From: an uncultured archaeon
Lineage (GTDB): Archaea; Iainarchaeota; Iainarchaeia; Iainarchaeales; 0-14-0-20-30-16
DNA: 5,906 nucleotides
NCBI GenBank assembly: GCA_964565125.1
Contig: CAZMCX010000050.1
Span: forward strand, 1 to 5,906
Direction of reading: 5' to 3'
This document shows positions 1 through 5,820 of this stretch, piece by piece (the first letter of the stretch is position 1; every line of letters begins with the position of its first letter). The notes beneath the pieces are model-generated. The model was not told the DNA's origin. It saw nothing but the letters and a program-made list of their open reading frames with translations, and did no database searches. The translations under genes were made by a program, and so were the position numbers.

Positions 1-3000
1 TGCTGCTCTTGTGCTCGAACTGTTATCAACATCATCATCTGACAAGTTCTGTTTCTTCTGCAAATTTTTTATGTTATACCAACAATCAAGATTTAAGTCG
101 TTTTCACAGGACTTAATTGATTTCAAAACATTCAAATCTGTTAAACTTTCTGGAACTATATCCTTGTTAAATAAGTACATTATATCAGAGTTTCCATCTT
201 CAGTCATTTGTAAGAACGGATTAAAACTAAAAAGCCCATAAGCAGTTGTTGTTTTTACATTTGTTTTAATATCATAAATTTTTTTATAGCCCCACTGGTC
301 TTTTGTCCTTACCCATAAATCTAAAGCATAAGCACCTGGAATTCCTGGTCTAAAAATTTCTATTTTTTTGCTTTCATTTCCTTTAAGCTCAAGGCCAGTT
401 ATAAAGTCATCCACAGAGAATGAAAGTTTTGCATCACTATTTTCATTTCCACAGCCTGCGCTAAAAGTAGGTGGTATATTATTATCTTTACAAGCCCTCA
501 CCCATAATGTAGAACCCGGGCATTCGTTCTTTATTTCAATTTCAGTAGGGGGTTCGTGAACACTATTATATATTAATTCTGGTGTTGCCAAGAATTCCAA
601 ACCATCAAAAATTTCAAAATCTATTTTCTCTATTTTTTCTCCATCTTTATCATATATCCCAATACAGTTTGCAATGTTCACAGTATTAACATTTATTTCC
701 ACCACATTAGACTCTAATTTTGCAGGCCCAGATTCTGTTGTAACATACCCCAAAATCTTTATCCCAATTTTCTGGCTACCCTTTGTAGATCTTGGGCTTA
801 TACCAAGCACAGCATTCATTTCAGGATTAGTTAATTCTGTTTTTAGATTTTCTAAAATCAATGTTGGAATTCTAACATCAACGGTTGTAGAAATTTTATC
901 TGCAATTGTTATATTATATCCTGCAACACTATAGCTTCCGTCTTCCAAAGTCAAAAGTAAAAATACCTTATCAAATATTGCAGGAATTCGCTTTTCGGAA
1001 TCCAGTAAACAAGTGTTTACTATTTGAAGTTCAGCCATTGTTGATTTTTCCAAATAGAAATCCTTTTCAACCATATTTATTTGTAGACAATCTCCTGCGT
1101 TATCAGGATAAGAATCTATTTTAAATTTTATTGAAAATGGGATCTCTAAAACTACAGATCCCGGGCTTGTATCCAAAGTCATTTTTATTATTCCACTCAT
1201 TTTGTCAGCATACACACTATTGTTAAAATTATCGCCCACCATTACCATAAAGAAGTCTTGTAAAATTGTCTCATTTACACCCATGTCTTCTTCAATTCCG
1301 TAAATTATTTTTCCTTTATACTCCGATTCAAAATATCCTTCCATTGCTTCCCAATTCAAAAGATATTTAGAATCTTCAGAATATTTATCAAATTGTAAAT
1401 CAATCCCACTTATTATTACATCTTGTGCACTTGCATTTGCAACTGTCAAGTCAGCAGTTATTGCTTTTTCTTTTGGGTATGAAATTTCTATATCCAATTT
1501 TTCAGGATTAAAAGAAATCATTTTTTCTACTACTTTAAGATCAGGAATTAAATCATTGTGTTTATAGCTTTTATATCCCTCTTTAAAAGCCAATATCTGA
1601 ATAAATGTGTTAGGCTCAAAAGGAGGAAGCTCACAAACAGTTTTTCCTTCATAATCAGTTAACAAAGCGCCACAATTTATTGCTTTGTATACAGAATCTA
1701 TTGGTGCTTTTTTCAAAACAATAACTTGAACATCTTTTACTATACTTTCAAGTTCATCATAAACATATATTTTTAAATTCTGAACTTTATTTGGAACTAA
1801 TAAAGTATTCGGGAACAACTTTATACTCAAAGAATGTGGTGCATCAGGAACAAACCAATAATTAAATGCTGGTGCGCCTCTTACTGGAAATTGTTTATCA
1901 GAATCTATAATCCAAAAATTAATGTAGTTTCCTTTATCATAAGTCGGAACCAAGTCAAAATTTCCAGATATTGTTTTATTTGCAAAGAACTTTGTAAAAT
2001 TATACTTATCCACCAAAACAGTCTTTGCAGAACTATATTCCGCACTTTCTGTATTAGGTCCACTTAAAGAAATATTTGAAAACTCAAAGAAATTATAATT
2101 ATCAACATCCCCTTCAACAGTCATGAAGCTTGTGTCTGGGCTTGTGGCATTATGTGCTTTCAGATACCCATTCTCAATTTCTCCCTCTGTTGCAGTTATT
2201 CCATTCATTAAAGTAAATTCAGTTTTATACTTCTTTCCAATAATCAAAGGATATTTCTGCTCGTTTTTGTTTACATTTCCAATATTTTCAACATAAATTT
2301 CGTTTTCTACGTCCAATAAAGCTGTTTTTGCGCAAAACATATCACTACAATCCAAGCTGCTACCTAAAAAATATTCTTTCTCTTCACTTGAATTTATTTG
2401 TTCATCAAGATATAATTTCCATTTTACATTCAATGGTTCGTACAAAGATACAGAACTATCATTTCTAACCATTACTTTCACATAAATTCTGTAAATTCCT
2501 TTTTCTATTGTTGCAGAATCCACACCTTTAGTCCATTCTGCATTCAGAATTTTTCCTTTGTCTTCGGTATAGATTGTTTTTTCCAAGTCTTCATACATTA
2601 CATCAACTTGTGACGAAGAACTACTATCAAAAATAAACAAAGAATCCTGTTCTACTGTTGTTGTTTCTTTTCCAGTAATATATTCAAATTTCATTTCATC
2701 TACATCAGTATAAAGATGAATATCATACCCCAAATACACTACTTTATCAACTTCAAAATTTGTTTTTTCTCCGCCAAGTGCATCAAATACACCCAAGAAT
2801 TCAACTCTTGCTTGTTCGTCATCTTCTTTAAGTTTTTGAGGTTCCAAATTAGCATTTATTTCCCAAATATTTGAAGGAGTTAAGAACCTGGCTTCACTAT
2901 AAAATGGCATATAGCCTTCTTTAGATGCAACAAAGAATTTTTCTGTTCCTGCCTTTAATGAAAATAATAATTTCCCAGCATTATCTGTTAGCTTTGTTCC

Positions 3001-4590
3001 TGATTTTGTTGTCATCCCTTTGGTATAAAAATCAATTTGTGCAAATGGCACAGGATAATCCAACTCATCCAAAACACTAATATTAAAACTCCCATTTCCA
3101 AGATAAATTACAACAATTAATTCCTCTTCAGGCATTTCAGTTCCCGGCTCAAATATAATAGTTACCTGCTCGCTCATTCCTTCCGAATATCCTTTATAAA
3201 CCCTAAAAGAATAAGCCCCTTCTTCAGTTATAGGCAACTGGGTATCTCCATTTTTATCTGTTTCAGGAAAATTATAACTATAAATTTCAAATCCGCTAAA
3301 CAAGTCTTGTACAAACGCTTTTGCGCCTTGTATTGGAGATTCAGATTCATCAACTACATGTAATTTAACCAAAACAGCATTAAAAGAAGTTATCTCTTTC
3401 AAATCCAATTTTATTTCTGTTGTTCCTTCGTTAAACTCAACTTCTTTATTAGATAATACCCCAAATTCATTACTATCTGGTGTTAAATCAATCAGGTATT
3501 TTCCGTATGTGAATACCGGAAGAAATGCAATCCCTTTGTCACTATTTCCGGAATCCAATATTGTGTTATCCAAACTTTTTAATTTATATGAAAATTCTGT
3601 GTTTGCATCAACGTTTAGTACAACATTTCCCAGAGTATTTTTCATAACTGTAAAATCAACATTTATTCCTGCTTCGTTCATAACTATTGTTTTTGTTTGT
3701 GGCAAATATCCTGCAACATTCACTGCCACATCATAACTTCCAACAGATAATTGCTTTGACTTAAAATATCCATTCAAAGAATTCCCCGCCTCAACAGGAC
3801 TTACTAAATCGTAAGAATCATAAATTGTTACCTGACCATCTTTTGAACCAAGATTATCAGAAATTTTTACAACAATATTTGCAGTAGGTATGCTAGTTTT
3901 TCCTTGGTTATTAATACTTGTAGAACTCTCAAAGTTGATTACACAAGAAGTTGAATCACAAACTTCGTTTTTAGAATTATAACCCTCTGCGCTTGCAGAT
4001 ATATTTAAAAGCCCACAATCTTCAGGCACAGTTATCTCGATGTATCCATTATTAGTACTTTTACTTGCTTCAGAATCTGGTATTGAAATATCATCACACT
4101 CAAACATAGCGCTTACAGACTCTACATCTAAATAACCAGATTTAAAAAATATCTGTATTGGAATATTTTTCTTCTTTTTATCTAGCAAAACTTTTATTTT
4201 ATTACTAAAAGAATATTCTTTGTCTATCGAATACTTAGAAGTATCAACTTTTATTCTATATAAATCACTCTTTGGTATCTTTACTATTGCTGACCCGCCA
4301 TCAGATTCAAAGGAATAATTCTTATCCCCAATATACATACTAAAAGGAATTTTTTCCTTTAAGCTCAACCCATCATTAAAAAAAGATACATTTATTTGAG
4401 CATAAGAAGGAATCACAGCCCAAATTATTAAAGCAATTATGATTACAAACAAGATAAAAAACAAAATCATAGACGGCATTACCTTATCAATCTTATCTGC
4501 AATTGCCTGTGCAGGAAAAATCGTATCAAGTTTATCTATCATTTTATAGTATTTATCTTCTAATCCAAAATAAAAATCTCGCAAACCCAT
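1..4590 (-). CDS. Giant membrane-anchored cell-surface protein (at least 1530 aa, C-terminus beyond the left window edge) with tandem carboxypeptidase-regulatory-like/PEGA-type beta-sandwich modules. Absent from the supplied ORF track.
   Basis: Manual scan of all plus-strand triplets in phase 1 from 1 to 4701 found no tta, cta or tca. The first upstream stop is tta at 4702-4704. The first in-frame ATG is at 4590-4588, and no in-frame ATG, GTG or TTG lies between 4701 and 4591. The translation starts MGLRDFYFGLEDKYYKMIDKLDTIFPAQAIADKIDKVMPSMILFFILFVIIIALIIWAVIPSYAQINVSFFNDG and reaches the edge as ...CWYNIKNLQKKQNLSDDDVDNSSSTRAA. The sequence is protein-like throughout, with repeated beta-sandwich signatures and paired cysteines. 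At about 70% A+T a random frame should hit a stop roughly every 12 codons. The longest plus-strand ORF across this span is 86 aa. Confidence 0.92.
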   Translation of the reverse strand, partial: MGLRDFYFGLEDKYYKMIDKLDTIFPAQAIADKIDKVMPSMILFFILFVIIIALIIWAVIPSYAQINVSFFNDGLSLKEKIPFSMYIGDKNYSFESDGGSAIVKIPKSDLYRIKVDTSKYSIDKEYSFSNKIKVLLDKKKKNIPIQIFFKSGYLDVESVSAMFECDDISIPDSEASKSTNNGYIEITVPEDCGLLNISASAEGYNSKNEVCDSTSCVINFESSTSINNQGKTSIPTANIVVKISDNLGSKDGQVTIYDSYDLVSPVEAGNSLNGYFKSKQLSVGSYDVAVNVAGYLPQTKTIVMNEAGINVDFTVMKNTLGNVVLNVDANTEFSYKLKSLDNTILDSGNSDKGIAFLPVFTYGKYLIDLTPDSNEFGVLSNKEVEFNEGTTEIKLDLKEITSFNAVLVKLHVVDESESPIQGAKAFVQDLFSGFEIYSYNFPETDKNGDTQLPITEEGAYSFRVYKGYSEGMSEQVTIIFEPGTEMPEEELIVVIYLGNGSFNISVLDELDYPVPFAQIDFYTKGMTTKSGTKLTDNAGKLLFSLKAGTEKFFVASKEGYMPFYSEARFLTPSNIWEINANLEPQKLKEDDEQARVEFLGVFDALGGEKTNFEVDKVVYLGYDIHLYTDVDEMKFEYITGKETTTVEQDSLFIFDSSSSSQVDVMYEDLEKTIYTEDKGKILNAEWTKGVDSATIEKGIYRIYVKVMVRNDSSVSLYEPLNVKWKLYLDEQINSSEEKEYFLGSSLDCSDMFCAKTALLDVENEIYVENIGNVNKNEQKYPLIIGKKYKTEFTLMNGITATEGEIENGYLKAHNATSPDTSFMTVEGDVDNYNFFEFSNISLSGPNTESAEYSSAKTVLVDKYNFTKFFANKTISGNFDLVPTYDKGNYINFWIIDSDKQFPVRGAPAFNYWFVPDAPHSLSIKLFPNTLLVPNKVQNLKIYVYDELESIVKDVQVIVLKKAPIDSVYKAINCGALLTDYEGKTVCELPPFEPNTFIQILAFKEGYKSYKHNDLIPDLKVVEKMISFNPEKLDIEISYPKEKAITADLTVANASAQDVIISGIDLQFDKYSEDSKYLLNWEAMEGYFESEYKGKIIYGIEEDMGVNETILQDFFMVMVGDNFNNSVYADKMSGIIKMTLDTSPGSVVLEIPFSIKFKIDSYPDNAGDCLQINMVEKDFYLEKSTMAELQIVNTCLLDSEKRIPAIFDKVFLLLTLEDGSYSVAGYNITIADKISTTVDVRIPTLILENLKTELTNPEMNAVLGISPRSTKGSQKIGIKILGYVTTESGPAKLESNVVEINVNTVNIANCIGIYDKDGEKIEKIDFEIFDGLEFLATPELIYNSVHEPPTEIEIKNECPGSTLWVRACKDNNIPPTFSAGCGNENSDAKLSFSVDDFITGLELKGNESKKIEIFRPGIPGAYALDLWVRTKDQWGYKKIYDIKTNVKTTTAYGLFSFNPFLQMTEDGNSDIMYLFNKDIVPESLTDLNVLKSIKSCENDLNLDCWYNIKNLQKKQNLSDDDVDNSSSTRAA
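1555..1782 (-). other. Fifth carboxypeptidase-regulatory-like module (about aa 937-1012), separated from the first four by about 350 aa of unassigned sequence
   Basis: QNLKIYVYDELESIVKDVQVIVLKKAPIDSVYKAINCGALLTDYEGKTVCELPPFEPNTFIQILAFKEGYKSYKHN. It shows the same V-x-D ... T-D-x-x-G ... G-Y pattern, here with a Cys pair (C973/C986). Confidence 0.55.
2842..3879 (-). other. Four tandem carboxypeptidase-regulatory-like / PEGA-like beta-sandwich modules within the giant CDS (about aa 238-315, 320-397, 405-481, 501-583)
   Basis: Each ~80-aa unit follows the family pattern: hydrophobic strand, then D, then a small loop, then a T/S-D-x-x-G turn, then G-x-Y, then a hydrophobic strand ending G-Y. Examples: VKLHVVDESESPIQGAKAFVQDL...ETDKNGDTQLPITEEGAYSFRVYKGYSE; FNISVLDELDYPVPFAQIDFYTKG...KLTDNAGKLLFSLKAGTEKFFVASKEGYMP; IVVKISDNLGSKDGQVTIYDS...LSVGSYDVAVNVAGYLP. 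The second unit (aa 320-397) is the weakest match. Confidence 0.6.
4411..4470 (-). other. Single transmembrane / signal-anchor helix of the giant protein (aa 41-60, MILFFILFVIIIALIIWAVI), followed by PSYA-Q
   Basis: Twenty consecutive hydrophobic residues with no charge. They are preceded by a charged 40-aa segment ending in KIDKV and followed by P-S-Y-A|Q, which resembles a small-x-small signal peptidase site. Everything downstream is polar, beta-rich and contains paired Cys, as expected for an ectodomain. Confidence 0.75.
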
Positions 4591-4611
4591 GAAAACACCA
4601 GAAGCAATCGC

Positions 4612-4629
4612 TGTATATATATAATTATA
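4612..4629 (-). promoter_or_regulatory. TATA-like element (minus-strand TATAATTATATATATACA) upstream of the giant CDS
   Basis: The minus strand reads TATAATTATATATATACAGCGATTGCTTCTGGTGTTTTC ATG. The TATA core lies about 28-31 nt upstream of ATG 4590 and there is no Shine-Dalgarno motif. The register inside the alternating TA run is ambiguous. Confidence 0.4.
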
Positions 4630-4660
4630 GGTATTAAAAAGCTTATCTTTCCAACCTTTT

Positions 4661-4667
4661 AAAAAAA
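4661..4667 (-). terminator. T7 run (minus strand) 13 nt after the paralog 1 stop; oligo-T terminator candidate
   Basis: Plus-strand A7 at 4661-4667. The minus strand reads TAG CTAACTATGTCC TTTTTTT AAAAGG. It lies upstream of the TATA-like element of the giant gene. Confidence 0.4.
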
Positions 4668-4679
4668 GGACATAGTTAG

Positions 4680-5159
4680 CTATAGATCCATTGTAAAATA
4701 ATTAGAATTCCTGTGCTGTTTAAAGCCCATTTTTTTATAAAAATCATAAGAGTCTGCTGCAGAATAAGCTTGTATTTCTTCAAGCCCTTTTTCTCTTGCA
4801 AACCCAATTATTTTTCCAATCAACAAACGCCCGATTCCCAAATGCCTTAAGGCACTATTTTTTAAGAATCGTGATCCAATTTGTAGATTTCTTATTACCA
4901 AATAACTTCCTGTCCACCCAACCTCAATATGTGCACTTCCAAGTTCTCGTGGAAGAAGAACTACATAATGCCTTTCATGCTCCGGGCCCACAATCCTTGT
5001 TTGAGCATATAATTCTCTTGTCAGTTCCACTTTTCTTCTTCGTAGTTCTTCTACAGCAAGGCGATATTTCATTCCCTGTTCTTTGTTTTTGCTTTCTATA
5101 GCCCTTGCAAGATCTTCTACTTTCCGTTCGTGGATTTCTTTTGCTTTAAACTCAATCAT
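4680..5159 (-). CDS. Small GNAT-family N-acetyltransferase (159 aa) with a charged helical N-terminal extension; paralog 1
   Basis: Track ORF. The acetyl-CoA motif A (R/Q-x-x-G-x-G/A) is present as RHLGIG at 4830-4847, followed by RLLIGKIIGFAREKG (alpha3), EEIQAYSA (beta5) and DFYKKMGFKQ (alpha4/motif B). ATG at 5159, stop TAG at 4682-4680. The first ~50 aa (MIEFKAKEIHERKVEDLARAIESKNKEQGMKYRLAVEELRRRKVELTREL) are strongly charged and helix-like. Confidence 0.85.
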   Translation of the reverse strand: MIEFKAKEIHERKVEDLARAIESKNKEQGMKYRLAVEELRRRKVELTRELYAQTRIVGPEHERHYVVLLPRELGSAHIEVGWTGSYLVIRNLQIGSRFLKNSALRHLGIGRLLIGKIIGFAREKGLEEIQAYSAADSYDFYKKMGFKQHRNSNYFTMDL

Positions 5160-5180
5160 AAAAGAATAGGATTAAGGAGT

Positions 5181-5188
5181 AATATAAA
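5181..5188 (-). promoter_or_regulatory. TATA-box-like element (minus-strand TTTATATT) for GNAT paralog 1, spaced for a leaderless or near-leaderless transcript
   Basis: The minus strand reads ...AGCAGCTAAG TTTATATT ACTCCTTAATCCTATTCTTTT ATG. The centre of the box is about 26 nt upstream of the A of ATG 5159. No Shine-Dalgarno motif lies between box and ATG. Archaeal TATA boxes sit about 26-27 nt upstream of the transcription start. Confidence 0.5.
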
Positions 5189-5198
5189 CTTAGCTGCT

Positions 5199-5218
5199 AA
5201 AAAAACAGTTGAAAAAAA
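5199..5218 (-). terminator. Two T7 runs (minus strand) directly after the paralog 2 stop; archaeal-type oligo-T terminator candidate
   Basis: Plus-strand A7 runs at 5199-5205 and 5212-5218. The minus strand reads TAA TATTATG TTTTTTT CAACTG TTTTTTT AGC. No stable hairpin precedes the runs. Confidence 0.45.
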
Positions 5219-5225
5219 CATAATA

Positions 5226-5684
5226 TTATAATTTTATAAAAAAATAGTATGAATTTGGATCGACCTGTTTAAAGCCTAATTTTTTATAAAAATCAACAGC
5301 AAGTGGTGCAGAATTAACTCCAATATATTTAATCCCTCGCCTTCTAGCAAATTCTATTACCTTTTTAATTATCAATCTACCAAGACCTAAACCCCTTAAA
5401 GAACTTCCTTCAAAATGTGGACCAATTTTAACGCGCTTTATTGTCAAGATCCCCATATCTGAAACATTAAACTCAGCAAATCCAATATTGTGTGGAAGAT
5501 TAACTAAATATTTTCTACCATAACCCAAATGAACTATTTTTATATTATTCGAAAGCACCCCGCTAAGCTCATTTTTTCTTTTATGTAATTCCTCAACAGC
5601 ACACCGATATTTCAAATTTAACTCTGGATCTTTACAATTTAAATATAGTTCATGCTTTTTTCTTTTTAATGGCTTTTCTATCAT
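5226..5684 (-). CDS. Small GNAT-family N-acetyltransferase (152 aa from ATG 5684; 162 aa if ATG 5714 is used); paralog 2
   Basis: Track ORF 5226..5714. Motif A is RGLGLG at 5379-5396, followed by RLIIKKVIEFARRRG and DFYKKLGFKQ. I prefer the internal ATG at 5684 for two reasons. The product then begins MIE- like the paralog (MIEKPLKR vs MIEFKAKE). A GAGGA Shine-Dalgarno-like motif also lies at 5695-5691, 6 nt upstream. Stop TAA at 5228-5226. Confidence 0.8.
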   Translation of the reverse strand: MIEKPLKRKKHELYLNCKDPELNLKYRCAVEELHKRKNELSGVLSNNIKIVHLGYGRKYLVNLPHNIGFAEFNVSDMGILTIKRVKIGPHFEGSSLRGLGLGRLIIKKVIEFARRRGIKYIGVNSAPLAVDFYKKLGFKQVDPNSYYFFIKL

Positions 5685-5776
5685 AAATAATCCTCGATAC
5701 TTCCTCTGTAACATTCTAGCCTTTTTAGTGTTTTCTGGGATACCAATAGCTTTTCTTCTTTTTTTAGCAAACCAAT

Positions 5777-5793
5777 GTGGACTTTATGTCCAC
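5777..5793. repeat. Perfect 6-bp hairpin GTGGAC-TTTAT-GTCCAC, followed on the plus strand by a T-rich tract
   Basis: gtggac (5777-5782), tttat (5783-5787), gtccac (5788-5793), then tatttctttcttt. This has the form of a plus-strand intrinsic terminator, but no plus-strand gene lies upstream of it in the window. Confidence 0.8.
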
Positions 5794-5820
5794 TATTTCT
5801 TTCTTTGGGGGAACTTACGG

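Noticed and set aside
11-3736. Plus-strand track ORFs 11-241, 368-559, 674-934, 906-1124, 1834-2067 and 3509-3736 (63-86 aa)
   Set aside because: All lie antisense inside the 1567-codon minus-strand frame. Their translations are low-complexity F/L/I/S/K-rich strings typical of shadow frames in AT-rich coding DNA. They also overlap one another (674-934 and 906-1124) and have no start-site signals.
1-4410. Enrichment of N-glycosylation sequons (N-x-S/T) in the ectodomain
   Set aside because: I counted about 17 sequons in about 1470 aa. That is close to the number expected from the high Asn, Ser and Thr content, so it carries no independent signal.
1-4701. Idea that the absence of a listed ORF meant a recoded genome (TGA or TAG reassignment) or a pseudogene
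   Set aside because: Not needed. The frame contains no TAA, TAG or TGA under the standard code. The omission is explained by the ORF being open at the window edge.
4591-4701. N-terminal extension of the giant ORF, or frameshift fusion with GNAT paralog 1 (the frame stays open 37 codons upstream of ATG 4590 and overlaps the GNAT stop)
   Set aside because: The extension contains no in-frame ATG, GTG or TTG. It also holds the T7 run and the TATA-like element, which fit an intergenic role better. No slippery heptamer is evident at the junction.
4796-5101. Plus-strand 101-aa ORF
   Set aside because: It is entirely antisense to GNAT paralog 1, which has clear family motifs. The plus-strand translation (MQTQLFFQSTNARFPNALRHYFLRIV...) has no recognisable features.
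5174-5179. Strong Shine-Dalgarno-like AAGGAG on the plus strand
   Set aside because: No ATG, GTG or TTG follows within 5-12 nt and no plus-strand ORF starts there. It is the reverse complement of the spacer between the TATA-like box and ATG 5159 on the minus strand.
5685-5714. Using ATG 5714 as the start of GNAT paralog 2, as in the track
   Set aside because: Possible but less likely. The internal ATG 5684 is preceded by GAGGA at good spacing and gives an N-terminus (MIE...) matching the paralog. The extra ten residues (MLQRKYRGLF) have no counterpart in paralog 1.
4680-5714. GNAT toxin-antitoxin interpretation (TacT/AtaT-like)
   Set aside because: No small RHH or HTH antitoxin ORF lies adjacent to either gene. 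The two genes are paralogs of each other and not a toxin-antitoxin pair, and the N-terminal half differs from those toxins.
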